Below are positions 1 through 12,020 of a stretch of DNA of 64,000 nucleotides, in pieces. The position numbers and the translations under genes are program-made. The DNA comes from an uncultured Acidobacteriota bacterium (GTDB lineage: Bacteria > Acidobacteriota > Thermoanaerobaculia > Multivoradales > UBA5704), in assembly GCA_963700145.1 (NCBI GenBank), contig OY969474.1, positions 1,856,001 through 1,920,000 of the forward strand, written 5' to 3'. The notes beneath the pieces are model-generated. The model was not told the origin of the DNA, ran no database searches, and saw nothing but the letters and a program-made list of their open reading frames with translations. The stretch's first letter is position 1. Each line of letters opens with the position of its first letter.

Positions 1-639
1 GGGCGGAGGCGCGGCGAGCGGCGCCGGCGCCGGCGCGACGATCGGCTCGACCGGCGGCCCGAAGGTCCGCGCCGCGAGGTCCGGCAGCGAGAGCGAGGCG
101 AGCGCCGGGTTGGAGACGACGGGAAGAGGGACGGCGGCTACTTCCACTTCCACGTCGCCGGCCTCTTCCACGTCGCCGGCCTCGCTCGCCTCGTCCGCGG
201 TGTCCAGCTCGCCGCTCTCGCTCTCCGCGACCGCCGCCGCAGCGCTCGTTTCCGCCTCCGGCCCCTGCTCGACGTCGAAGGGAATCCCCCCCTCGTGGAT
301 GTACTCGTCCACCATCTTGTAGATCAGCTCGCGGCTCCCCTTCGACAGCCGCAGGAAGCGGATCCCCATGCCCGCGGGCTTGGCGGCGCCCTGGTCGTCG
401 CTGCGGGTCCAGACGACCTCGCCGGTGCCCTTGATCAGCGGGTAGCCGTCGCCGAGCTGGAACTCGAAATCGAGGAGGGTCCCGACCGGCGAGGGGGCCT
501 GCGTCTTGACGAACAGGCCCCCCGGCGAGACGTTGGAGGAGTACTCGCTGATGAAGCCCGAGAAGCGCTCGAAGCGGAGCTGTACCCGCGTCTCGAGCGG
601 TACCCGGCGGGAGTCCCGCGAGGTGGCGTAATCCGTCAT
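1..639 (-). CDS. PilZ-domain protein (TIGR02266-like), 3' end runs out of the window
   Basis: Absent from the ORF track. Manual translation from ATG 639 gives MTDYATSRDSRRVPLETRVQLRFERFSGFISEYSSNVSPGGLFVKT...GEVVW...GMGIRF, with the RxxxR and N-x-S-x-x-G PilZ motifs, followed by an acidic Ala/Pro-rich linker. Confidence 0.85.
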   Translation of the reverse strand, partial: MTDYATSRDSRRVPLETRVQLRFERFSGFISEYSSNVSPGGLFVKTQAPSPVGTLLDFEFQLGDGYPLIKGTGEVVWTRSDDQGAAKPAGMGIRFLRLSKGSRELIYKMVDEYIHEGGIPFDVEQGPEAETSAAAAVAESESGELDTADEASEAGDVEEAGDVEVEVAAVPLPVVSNPALASLSLPDLAARTFGPPVEPIVAPAPAPLAAPPP

Positions 640-667
640 CAATGACTGCTCAATTGCAGGAGTGGAG

Positions 668-696
668 AGAGTAGTGCCCCGGACCGGGGCAGTCAA
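668..696 (-). promoter_or_regulatory. sigma70-type promoter for the PilZ gene, with a palindrome in the spacer
   Basis: Minus strand TTGACT(696-691)-N17-TACTCT(673-668). The inverted repeat TGCCCCGG-A-CCGGGGCA spans 675-691. Confidence 0.65.
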
Positions 697-717
697 CAAC
701 CGACGCGCCCGCCGGCG

Positions 718-1989
718 TCAGGTCGTGCGGCGGCGCTCGCGCTTCAGGAACTCGGCGAGGTGGCGGGCCAGCTCGAGGGTGAGGGTCTCCTCCTCGGCGG
801 CGTGCTGGAACATGAGGAGAGCGGCCATCGCCTCGCGGTGCACCTCGCGCGACTCGAAGACCGGCAGGAGCTCGGCGGCGAGCTGCTTGAGCTCGGCGGT
901 GCACCCCTCTTGGGCGTAGAGCATGGCGAGGTCGAGCGAGACGAGCGCCGCGTCGTAGCCCATGCCGCGTTCGAAGAACTCCTTCTGCACCTCGCGGAAC
1001 GACGCCTCCGCCGCGCCCAGCCGCCCGAGGCCGAAGGCGATGCGCCCTTCGGCCCAGGCGACGCGGACGAGGTCGAGAGGGTTGCGCTGGTCGAGCGCGA
1101 CGCGGCGCAGCTCGGGCAGCGCTTCTTCGGCCTCCCCGTGCTTGCCCGCGGCGATGAGCAATGCAACCAGATTCAGGTGGGAGCAGAAGATGAGACGCGG
1201 CTCGCGGAGCGGATCGAGCAGGGGGCTGGCCTCGTGCAGGAACGCGATCGCGGGCTCGAACTCTCCCTGCTCTTCCAGCACCGAGGCCTTGTTGATGAGG
1301 GACCTGCCGGCGCGGTGGAGGTCGCCCAGCTCGCGGAAGATGTCGATCGCTTGATCGAGCAGGGTCAACGCCTCGCCGAACCGCCGCTGGCCGCGCCGGA
1401 GCGACGCTTTCAGGTCGTAGACCTCGGCGCGCACCTTGAGATTGCCCGTCGTGCTCGTCGCCAGGAAAGTCTCGGAGCGCCGAAACGCCTCGTCGGCGCT
1501 CCACAGCTCCCCGAGCACCCGCCGAGCGTTGCCCAGATGAGCCCAGCACTTCGCTCGGAGGTCGGTGACCCAGTGCGGGTCGTAGGCTTCGCCGGGAAGG
1601 AGGTCGGCGATCCGGACGCCGAGCTCGGCGAACGAGACGGCTTCGGCCGGGTCGTCCAGGGCCGCCTCCAAGCTGCGCTTCAAGAGGAGCTGACAGAGCC
1701 CCCACGTCTGCAGCTCGCCGTCCTGGTCGATGCGCGCGAGCCGCTCCTCGAACGGCAGATCGGCTAGACGGGCGAGCTGCTCCGGGGCGCGCAGCCCTTC
1801 GTTGACCACAATCACTTCGTTCCAGTGCTCGACCTGCTCTTGGAGGCGCAGGATCTCCTCGCAGCGCTCGCGACAGGTAGGACAGTGGGCGAGGAAGTGA
1901 GGAATGACGTGTCGCTGGAGATCCTCGTACGGCAGCTCTCCGGAAAGCCAGCTCGCGAGCGCCTCCATCGACAGATGTTCATTCCTCAC
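718..1989 (-). CDS. Zinc-finger (HxxxCxxC, anti-sigma-like) plus TPR-repeat protein
   Basis: GTG start at 1989 after GGAGG. N-terminal EHLS..L..WL.GEL....HFLAHCPTC; helical TPR-like repeats follow (AHLGNARRVLG, ASLRRGQRRFGEAL, ASVLEEQGEFEPAI). Confidence 0.8.
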   Translation of the reverse strand: MRNEHLSMEALASWLSGELPYEDLQRHVIPHFLAHCPTCRERCEEILRLQEQVEHWNEVIVVNEGLRAPEQLARLADLPFEERLARIDQDGELQTWGLCQLLLKRSLEAALDDPAEAVSFAELGVRIADLLPGEAYDPHWVTDLRAKCWAHLGNARRVLGELWSADEAFRRSETFLATSTTGNLKVRAEVYDLKASLRRGQRRFGEALTLLDQAIDIFRELGDLHRAGRSLINKASVLEEQGEFEPAIAFLHEASPLLDPLREPRLIFCSHLNLVALLIAAGKHGEAEEALPELRRVALDQRNPLDLVRVAWAEGRIAFGLGRLGAAEASFREVQKEFFERGMGYDAALVSLDLAMLYAQEGCTAELKQLAAELLPVFESREVHREAMAALLMFQHAAEEETLTLELARHLAEFLKRERRRTT

Positions 1990-2078
1990 TCCGATGCCTC
2001 CTAGAGGTAACAGAGTCCGGGCAGCCGGTGCCCCTTCTAGATCATCTGTTTCCAAACTCGGCGATTTCGTGACAGGGA

Positions 2079-2294
2079 CTAGCCGTTCGGATCTCCCGCC
2101 AGCCCCTCCTGCTCCCAGATCCCCGCCAGACCCCTCCACACCCGCTCCACGGCCTCCAGCATCCAAGTACGGCCCGGGGCGGTGATCCGCCCTTCGTGGC
2201 GGTCCCGGCCGCGGCTCCAGGCGGCGGCGGGGACGGTGCCGAGGGCGGCGAGCAGGACGAGGGCGGCGAACGCCCGGTTCCATCTCCTAGACAT
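2079..2294 (-). CDS. Small secreted peptide precursor (71 aa) ending EGLAGDPNG
   Basis: GAAGGAGAG RBS before ATG 2294. Sec-type signal MSRRWNRAFAALVLLAALGTVPAAA, a Trp-rich amphipathic segment and a C-terminal GDPNG-stop. Confidence 0.7.
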   Translation of the reverse strand: MSRRWNRAFAALVLLAALGTVPAAAWSRGRDRHEGRITAPGRTWMLEAVERVWRGLAGIWEQEGLAGDPNG

Positions 2295-2500
2295 GGTCTC
2301 TCCTTCTTCCCGGGGCGGGTCCCTGGACGCTCTAGTGCGGCCCGGGCCAAGCCTCCAGAAACAAAGTTGACCCGTCCGGAACAAACGTGACATCGGAGGA
2401 GATAACTTTTCGCCCTTTTCGGCACCCCTTGGCCGCCATTTGGATCGCCGCCCGGCAGGCGCTGTGGTACAAAGGGCCGACTTTTTCGCCCGGAGGGACA

Positions 2501-3727
2501 ATGACGACCGCGCTGATGGAGACGACGAAGGCCCAGGAGCTGGTCGCGCTCGAGGAGCGCTACGGCGCCCACAACTACCACCCCCTGGACGTGGTGGTGG
2601 CGCGCGCCGAGGGCTGCTGGGTGTGGGACGTGGAAGGCCGCAAGTACCTCGACTTCCTGGCCGCCTACTCGGCGGTCAACCAGGGACATTGCCACCCGAA
2701 GATCGTCGCGGCGCTGGTCGAGCAGGCGCAGAAGGTGACGCTCACCTCGCGCGCCTTCCGCAACGACCAGCTCGGCCCCTTCTACAAGGAGCTGTGCGAG
2801 CTGGCCGGCTTCGCCAAGGCGCTGCCCATGAACAGCGGCGCCGAGGCGGTGGAGACGGCGATCAAGGCCGCCCGCAAGTGGGCTTACACGGTCAAGGGCG
2901 TGGCCGAGGGGCAGGCAGAGATCCTGGCCTTCGAGAACAACTTCCACGGCCGCACGACGACGATCGTCAGCTTCTCGACCGAGGAGCAGTACCGGCACGG
3001 CTTCGGACCCTTCACCCCCGGCTTCCGGGTGCTCCCCTACGGCGACGCCGAGGCGGTCGCCGCGGCGATGCACTCGAACGTGGCGGCGGTGCTGGTCGAG
3101 CCGATCCAGGGGGAGGCCGGGATCGTCGTCCCGCCGGCCGGCTTCCTGCGCCGCCTGCGCGAGATCACCCAGGAGCACCGGGCCCTCCTCATTGCCGACG
3201 AGATCCAGTCAGGACTCGGCCGCACCGGCCGGCTCTTCGCCTACGAGCACGAGGGGATCCGGCCGGACGTCGTCATCCTCGGCAAGGCGCTCTCCGGCGG
3301 GGCTTACCCGGTGTCGGCGATCCTCGCCGACGACGAGGTCATGGGGGTCTTCAGGCCCGGCGACCACGGCTCGACCTTCGGCGGCAACCCTTTGGCCGCC
3401 GCCATCGGGCGGGCCGCGATGCGGGTCCTGGTCGAGGAGCGGCTGGTCGAGAACTCGGCGGCGATGGGCCCCTACTTCCTCGAGCGGCTGCGGGCGATCC
3501 GCTCGCGCCACGTCAAGGAGGTGCGGGGCGTCGGCCTCTGGATCGGCGTCGAGCTCCACCGCGAGGCCGGCGGCGCCCGCCGCTTCTGCGAGGCCCTGCA
3601 GCAAGAGGGGCTCCTGTGCAAGGAGACCCACGACCACGTCATCCGCATCGCGCCGCCGCTGACGATCCAGAAGGACGAGATCGACTGGGCGGTGGAGCGG
3701 CTGGAACGGGTGCTGACGACGCTGTAA
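2501..3727 (+). CDS. rocD: Ornithine--oxo-acid aminotransferase (class III PLP)
   Basis: [62 protein letters not shown]; GGAGG RBS before ATG 2501. Confidence 0.95.
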   Translation: MTTALMETTKAQELVALEERYGAHNYHPLDVVVARAEGCWVWDVEGRKYLDFLAAYSAVNQGHCHPKIVAALVEQAQKVTLTSRAFRNDQLGPFYKELCELAGFAKALPMNSGAEAVETAIKAARKWAYTVKGVAEGQAEILAFENNFHGRTTTIVSFSTEEQYRHGFGPFTPGFRVLPYGDAEAVAAAMHSNVAAVLVEPIQGEAGIVVPPAGFLRRLREITQEHRALLIADEIQSGLGRTGRLFAYEHEGIRPDVVILGKALSGGAYPVSAILADDEVMGVFRPGDHGSTFGGNPLAAAIGRAAMRVLVEERLVENSAAMGPYFLERLRAIRSRHVKEVRGVGLWIGVELHREAGGARRFCEALQQEGLLCKETHDHVIRIAPPLTIQKDEIDWAVERLERVLTTL

Positions 3728-3732
3728 AGAAA

Positions 3733-3759
3733 ACGCCCGGCACGTAGGCCGGGCGCTAC
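3733..3759. repeat. GTAG-type REP-like palindrome, copy 1
   Basis: ACGCCCGGCACGTAGGCCGGGCGCTAC, identical to 12450-12476. The reverse strand begins GTAG followed by a stem-loop. It lies between convergent genes. Confidence 0.7.
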
Positions 3760-4643
3760 CTTACGTTCTCTGGCAGCCAGGCCTCGCCGCCCGGGTCGTG
3801 CATCTCCCAGTAGGCGAGGCGGTCGCACTTGGCGAGCTCGTATGTCGTTCCCTCGTGGTCGGCGAAGCGCCGCAGGCGGTGGGGCGCCGCCTTCTCGAAG
3901 GTGTAGGCGAGGAATCGCTTGCCGGCGGTGAGACGGAGGGTCACCTCGTCGCCGGCCTCCCGGCGCTCCAGCGCGTAGCTCGTCGGGCGGAACTCGGCGA
4001 AGCGGCCGTAGAGAAGGGAGGGGAAGACGTCGAGGGTCGCCGGCGCCGGGCCGGCGACGTAGTCGCGCAGGTGCGCCGGCAGGCCGTCCTGCGGCAGCGC
4101 TCCGGCCGGCCAATCCATCGCGCGATCCCCTTGGCCGTCGAAGTACGAGTGGGTCTCGAGCCGCCCGCGCACCATGTCGGCGCTGGCGACGCCGCAGGCC
4201 TCCGAGCTGGTGGCGGCGATCTTGCGCAGCGCTCCCGAATCGCGCCGCAGGTAGACGCTCCCCATCTGGTGGTAGGTGTAGATGCCGGTCGGCACGTCGC
4301 GCACGTGGTTGAGCTTAAGGACGTCGAAGCCGTCCGGGCGCGGTTGGTCAGCCTTGACCTCGAGGTCGGGGGCCCAGGGCTCCTTGACCAGGATGAGCAG
4401 GGCGCGGCCGGGGTAGTGCTTGCCGTAGCGCGCCCAGGACACCTCGTAGGCGCAGAACTCGGCCTTGCCGTCGTCCCAGAGGCGGGCGTGGCGCCAGGCC
4501 GGGTCGCCCGGCGGCGGCGCGGCGAGCTCGCCGGCCGGCGCCGCGGCGGCCGCCGAGCGCGGCTCGGCGACGTCGCTGCGGATCGCCCAGACGACGAGCG
4601 CCAGAAAGGGCACCGCCGCCAGCGCTTTCCAGAAGGTCTTCAC
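3756..4643 (-). CDS. Exported or membrane-anchored hypothetical protein
   Basis: GTG start at 4643 with an N-terminal hydrophobic anchor. Conserved-looking motifs WDDGKAE, VLKLN, PTGIYTYHQMGSV, SSEACG, HSYFDG, RLAYWEMH. Confidence 0.75.
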   Translation of the reverse strand: MKTFWKALAAVPFLALVVWAIRSDVAEPRSAAAAAPAGELAAPPPGDPAWRHARLWDDGKAEFCAYEVSWARYGKHYPGRALLILVKEPWAPDLEVKADQPRPDGFDVLKLNHVRDVPTGIYTYHQMGSVYLRRDSGALRKIAATSSEACGVASADMVRGRLETHSYFDGQGDRAMDWPAGALPQDGLPAHLRDYVAGPAPATLDVFPSLLYGRFAEFRPTSYALERREAGDEVTLRLTAGKRFLAYTFEKAAPHRLRRFADHEGTTYELAKCDRLAYWEMHDPGGEAWLPENVR

Positions 4644-4714
4644 TCCAGGGCTCCCTCGGAAGATCGAGAACGTGCGGCCGGCGGGCGCCGGCCGTTCTGC
4701 CAGTATACGGCGCG

Positions 4715-6309
4715 ATGAAGTGCCCCGGCAGCGCCCCCGCCTCGCCACGCTCTCGCCGCGCGGCGTTGGCAGCGCTCGCCGCCCTGGCGCTCGCCTGCGC
4801 CGGTCCCGGCGGCGGCGAACCGCGGAACGAGACGGACCCGCCCCGCCCCTCCGGGACGCTGCGTGTCGCCCTCCGCGCCGCGCCCCGGACGCTCAACCCC
4901 AACACCTGGGACGAGGCCGCCGGCTCGGTCGGCCGCAACCTCTACAACCAGCTCGTCTCCCTCGACACCGACCTCCACCCGATCCCGGACCTCGCCCGCT
5001 CCTGGGAGGTCTCGGCGGACGGTCTCGCCTACACCTTCCACCTCGCGGAAGGGGTGACCTGGCACGACGGCCGCCCCTTCGGCTCCGGCGACGTCGCCTG
5101 GACCCTGCGCGCGCTGCGCTCCGAGAAGGCCTTCGCCGGCGACCTCGCGGCCCGCATCGCCGCGGTCGAGACCCCCGACGCCGCGACCGTCGTCGTCCGC
5201 CTCACCGAGCCCTGGGCGCCCTTCCTCACCACCCTCGCCTGGTATGGCACCTACATTCTGCCGCGCCATCTCCACGCCGGCGCCCCCTTCGGCGAGGCCG
5301 CCGCCGACCGCGCGCCCGTCGGCACCGGCCCCTTCCGCCTGGCGGCCTGGGAGCCGGAACGGATCGTGCTCGCCGCCAACCGGCGCTACTTCCGTCCGGG
5401 GCCGCACCTGGAGCGGCTGGTCTACCGCGTCCTCGCCGAGCCGGACGCGGCGTCGGCCGCCCCGGTCCTGCGCGGCGAGATCGACTACCTGGCGCTGCGG
5501 CCGCGGCCGGACCTGATGCAGGCGCTGCGGCGGGCGCCCGAGCTGGTCCTCGACAGCCGCCCGAGCGACGCCCGCTACTACGCCGGCTTCAACGTCCGGC
5601 GCCCGCCCTTCGGCGACCTGCGGGTGCGCCGCGCCGTCAACATGGCTCTCGACCGCGAGGCCCTCGTCGAGCGCGTGCTCGCCGGCTACGGCGCCCCGGC
5701 CTACGGCTTCTACACGCCGGCCGTCGCCTGGGCCTTCAACGAGCGGGCGCGGGCGCCGGCCTTCGACCCGGCGGCGGCCGCGGCGCTGCTCGACGCCGCC
5801 GGCCTGCGCCCGGGCGCGGACGGCGTCCGCTTCTCCGCCACGCTGGTCTGCCCCGACGCCGCGCCGTACACCGGCCTGGCGCGCGAGATGACGCGGCAGC
5901 TCGCGGCCGTCGGGATCGCGCTCGACGTCGAGGCGCTCACCGTCGACCGCTACCTCGACCGGCTCCTCGGCGGGCGCGACTTCGACCTCGGCCTCATGGG
6001 CGGCAGCCACGGCCCGGACCCCGCGAACCTGGAGATCCGCTTCGGCGCCCGCGGCAAGCAGCAGTTCATGGGCTACGCCGACCCGGCACTGGATCGGCTG
6101 CTGGCGCGCGGCGCCCGGCAGACCGACCCGGCGCTGCGCGCCCGCGCCTACGACCAGGCGCAGGCGCTCCTGGCGCAGACGCTGCCGATGGCGCCCCTCG
6201 CCGAGGCGGTGGGGTTCGTGGCCTACCGGCGCGGCCTGGCCGGGCTGCCCCAGGGCGACGCGCGCGGCCTCGTCGCCGGCGGCGACTTCAGCCTGGCACG
6301 GTGGCGGCG

Positions 6310-6313
<4 letters not shown>
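4715..6313 (+). CDS. ABC-type family-5 (DppA/OppA-like) solute-binding lipoprotein
   Basis: Lipobox LALAC; PDLARSWEVSADGLAYTFHL, WHDGRPF, PVGTGPFRL, PPFGDLRVRRAVNMALDR. Confidence 0.9.
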
Positions 6314-8814
<2,501 letters not shown>

Positions 8815-8882
8815 TGAGGTCTGCGCCCTGCGGCTCGACCTCCCTCCGGTCGCTTGACCCGGCCGCTGGCCGGCTCAAGGGA

Positions 8883-9863
8883 TCACCGCGGCGCCGCACA
8901 CGCCCAGCGCGCCGCCCCCAGCACCGCCGTTTCCTCGTTGAGCACCACCCGGATCGGCACGCGCTCGAGGAGGTCCCGGAAGCGCCCCTTGTCGCGGAAG
9001 GCGCCGACGAAGGTGCCGTCGGCGAGCTTCGGCAGGAGCTTCGGGGCGATGCCGCCGCCGACGTAGACGCCGCCGGTCGCGAGACCCACCAGCGCCAGGT
9101 TGCCGGCGGCGGCGCCGTAGGCGGCGGTCCAGAGGTCGAGGGCGCGGGCGCAGAGGGCGCACCGTCCGGCCTGCGCCGCCTCGGCGATGACCGGCGTCGC
9201 GTCCCCCTCGGGGTCGGCGAGGGCGTCCGCCACCTCCGGCGTCTCCTCTCCAAGCCCCTCGTCGCGCAACGCCTCGTAGACGTGCCGCAGCCCCGGCCCG
9301 GAGACGACGCGCTCGACGCTGACGTGCCCGCCCCAGCGGCTGCGGAGGCGCCGCCAGACGGCGGCCTCCTCGTCCGTGCGCGGCGCGAAGTCCATGTGCC
9401 CCCCTTCGGAGGCGAGCGGCCGGCACCCGGCGGGCAAGAGCGCCATGCCGAGGCCGGTGCCAGCGGCGATCAGGGCGAGCGTGCCGTCCGGCTCGGGCTC
9501 GCCCGGCTGGAGGACGGCCAGCTCCTCAGGGCCGAGGAGCGGCAGGCCGTAGGCGGTGGCGACGAGGTCGTTGATCAGCTCGACCCGCCCGATCCCCGCG
9601 GTGCGCTCCAGCGCCGCGCCGTCGACCAGCCAGGGGAGGTTCGTGGTCTCGGCCCGGTTGTCGAGGACCGGCCCCGGGATGCCGAAGGAGGCGGCCGCGA
9701 CGCCGCGCTCGCCGGCCAGGAACTCGGCGACGATCGGCCCGAGCCCCGGATAATCGGCGCTCGCGAACTGCGCCGTGCGGAGGAGGCGCGGCGGGCCGTC
9801 GCCGGCGGGCTCGTAGAGGGCGAGGTTGGTCTTGGTGCCGCCGACGTCGCCGGCCAGGATCAC
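8883..9863 (-). CDS. glk: Glucokinase
   Basis: ILAGDVGGTKT, TNLPW, LINDL, AGTGLG, SEGGH, ERVVSGPG, GGVYVGGGIAPK, FRDKGRF. Confidence 0.93.
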   Translation of the reverse strand: MILAGDVGGTKTNLALYEPAGDGPPRLLRTAQFASADYPGLGPIVAEFLAGERGVAAASFGIPGPVLDNRAETTNLPWLVDGAALERTAGIGRVELINDLVATAYGLPLLGPEELAVLQPGEPEPDGTLALIAAGTGLGMALLPAGCRPLASEGGHMDFAPRTDEEAAVWRRLRSRWGGHVSVERVVSGPGLRHVYEALRDEGLGEETPEVADALADPEGDATPVIAEAAQAGRCALCARALDLWTAAYGAAAGNLALVGLATGGVYVGGGIAPKLLPKLADGTFVGAFRDKGRFRDLLERVPIRVVLNEETAVLGAARWACAAPR

Positions 9864-11554
9864 CGCGGCGCCCTCTCCAGCGCCTCGAGGCCGGCGAGTG
9901 GGTCGGCGCCGAGGTCCACCCGCAGCACGCTGCGGCCGCGCTGGAGGAGGGCACGGCGGTCCCCCTCGGCCTGCGCCGCCAGCAGCTCGCCGAAGCCGTA
10001 ACCCGCCTCGGGCACCGCCAGCTCCGAACGCGGGCGGTCGACGAGCTGGAGGAAAAGGCCGCCGTCCGGCCCTCCCTTGTGGAGCTGGCCGGTCGAGTGC
10101 AGGAAGCGCGGGCCGTAGCCGGCGGTGGCGGCGAGGCCGGTCGAGTCGCGCAGCGCCCCCTGGAGCCGGCGCAGCGCGGCGGTCGCCGCCGGCGCCGGCG
10201 CGAGGTAGGCGTGGAGGGCGAGGTAGCCGCCGGGCTGCGCCCCCTCCAGCCAGGCGGCGAGAGCGCGGTCGAGCCCGGGCTCGGTGACTGAAACCGCCTT
10301 GCCGGCGGTGGAGACCGCCTTCCCGTCGGGCGAGACTGCCGCCTCTCCGGCGGCCGGCTCCCGCTCCGCCGGCGACGCCATCGCCGCCCGCGCCAGGTCC
10401 TTGGCGAGCTGGACGTCCGGCTGATCGAAGGGGTTGATGCCGAGGACCGCGCCGGCGGCCGCCACGGCGATCTCCCAGCGCAGCATCTCGGCGCCCAGCT
10501 CGGCGCCCGCCGCGATCTCGAAGAGGATCGCCGGGTGGCCGGCCTCGGCCAGCCGCTCGACGTGCTGGCGGGCGAAGTCGTCGCCGGCGCCGGCCAGCGC
10601 CACGAACACCCGGTCGCCGCCGTAGGCCGCCGGCGCGGCGGGAGGCTCGGCGACGACCGGCACGATCCCCTTGCCCTCCTTGCCGGTGCTCTCGGCCACC
10701 AGCTGCTCGATCCAGTCGGGGAAGAACTCGAGCCCGGGCGCCGCCGCGAACGTCAGCTTGTCGCGGCCGGCCAGGGCCAGCTCGCCGAGCGCGGCGCCGA
10801 GGGCCAAGGCGGCGTTGTCGCGCGCCGGCGTCGAGGGGCCGCAGGCGGCGGCGAGGCGGCGGGCCGAGGCGAGGAGCCCGGCGACGTCGGCGCCGATCCC
10901 GACCGCCGGCACCACCCCGAAGACCGAGAGCGCGCTGTAGCGCCCGCCGACGTCCGGCGGCGCCTCGAAGGTGCGGCGGAAGCCGCGCTCGCGCGCCAGC
11001 TCGGCGAGCGGCGTCCCCGGGTCGGTGATCGCCGCGAAGCGCTCCCCGGGCGCGGGGAGCTTGCGCCGCGCCAGGTCCCAGAAGGCGCGGAAGAAGGAGA
11101 GCGTCTCGGTCGTCGTGCCCGACTTGCTCGACACCAGGAAGAGGGTGTGCGCCAGGTCGAGCCGCGCGGCGAGCCTCTGCACGGCGTCCGGATGAGTGCT
11201 GTCGAGGACGGAGAGGCGGGGGTGGCCGGGGCGGGGGCCGAGGATGCGCGCGAAGACCTCGGGCGCCAGGCTCGAGCCCCCCATGCCGAGGACGACGAGG
11301 TCGCGCACTCCCTCGGCGGCGAGCGCCTCGCCGAAGCCCTCCAGCTCGGGCAGCGCCGCCGCCATCGTCTCGGGGAGCGCCAGCCAGCCCAGCCGGTCGG
11401 CCAGCTCGGGGAGCGGCTCGGGCGACCAGAGGGTCGGGTCGCGAGCCCAGAGCCGGCGTGCGAAGTCCTCCTCCTGCCAGCGCGCCAGCCGCGCCTCCGC
11501 CGCGCGCCCGTGCTCGCCGAGCCGCAGCTCCATGCCGTCGAAGTTCCAGCGCAT
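9860..11554 (-). CDS. pgi: Glucose-6-phosphate isomerase (type found in Tal/Pgi fusions, here standalone)
   Basis: GMGGSSL, SSKSGTTTET, DVGGRYSALS, QLVAESTGKEG, NPFDQPDV, GPRFLHSTGQLHKGG. Confidence 0.85.
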   Translation of the reverse strand: MRWNFDGMELRLGEHGRAAEARLARWQEEDFARRLWARDPTLWSPEPLPELADRLGWLALPETMAAALPELEGFGEALAAEGVRDLVVLGMGGSSLAPEVFARILGPRPGHPRLSVLDSTHPDAVQRLAARLDLAHTLFLVSSKSGTTTETLSFFRAFWDLARRKLPAPGERFAAITDPGTPLAELARERGFRRTFEAPPDVGGRYSALSVFGVVPAVGIGADVAGLLASARRLAAACGPSTPARDNAALALGAALGELALAGRDKLTFAAAPGLEFFPDWIEQLVAESTGKEGKGIVPVVAEPPAAPAAYGGDRVFVALAGAGDDFARQHVERLAEAGHPAILFEIAAGAELGAEMLRWEIAVAAAGAVLGINPFDQPDVQLAKDLARAAMASPAEREPAAGEAAVSPDGKAVSTAGKAVSVTEPGLDRALAAWLEGAQPGGYLALHAYLAPAPAATAALRRLQGALRDSTGLAATAGYGPRFLHSTGQLHKGGPDGGLFLQLVDRPRSELAVPEAGYGFGELLAAQAEGDRRALLQRGRSVLRVDLGADPLAGLEALERAPR

Positions 11555-11619
11555 CCACGCCTCCCCGTTCGACTCTACGCGATCCGCGGCGCGCGACTCG
11601 CATGCTACGATCGCGCGCC

Positions 11620-11985
11620 ATGCAACGGGTGGCGATCGCGCTGCTGCTCGCGCTCGCCGCCTGCGCGCGCACGCAACCGGCGGCGACCGCCAGCCGCGGC
11701 GCGACCTACACGGTGCGCGGCGTCGTCGTCGCGCTGCCCGCCGGCGGCGGCGGCGACCTGACGCTGCGCCACGAGGCCCTGCCGCACTTCGTCGACCGCG
11801 GCGGCGAGCGCGTCGGAATGATTGCCATGACCATGCCGTTCCCGCTCGCCGCGGAGGTGGCGCTGCCGGGGGTCGCCGTCGGGGACCCGGTCGAGTGCAC
11901 GCTGCGGGTGGACTGGGAGGCGGAGCGGCCGGCCGAGCTGATCGCGGTGCGGGAGCTGCCGGCGGGCACCCGCCTGGCGATCTAA
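11620..11985 (+). CDS. CusF-like copper-binding periplasmic lipoprotein
   Basis: Lipobox LALAAC; L.HE.LP....G...GM.AMTMPF motif; extended -10-like TGCTACGAT just upstream. Confidence 0.75.
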   Translation: MQRVAIALLLALAACARTQPAATASRGATYTVRGVVVALPAGGGGDLTLRHEALPHFVDRGGERVGMIAMTMPFPLAAEVALPGVAVGDPVECTLRVDWEAERPAELIAVRELPAGTRLAI

Positions 11986-12020
11986 CGATTCAATCAGACG
12001 ATCGACAAGGAGCGAGAGCG

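Noticed and set aside
2435-2449. A second GDPNG-encoding stretch on the minus strand upstream of the peptide gene
   Set aside because: It lies in the frame antisense to rocD with no RBS, signal peptide or adjacent stop; probably chance.
4465-6309. 1449-aa ORF suggesting a giant kinase
   Set aside because: The N-terminal 615 codons are an Arg/Pro-rich shadow frame over the SBP gene; the true kinase starts at GTG 6310.
8883-11672. 929-aa ORF suggesting a glucokinase fusion
   Set aside because: The upstream part is an off-frame overlap of pgi; glk starts at 9863.
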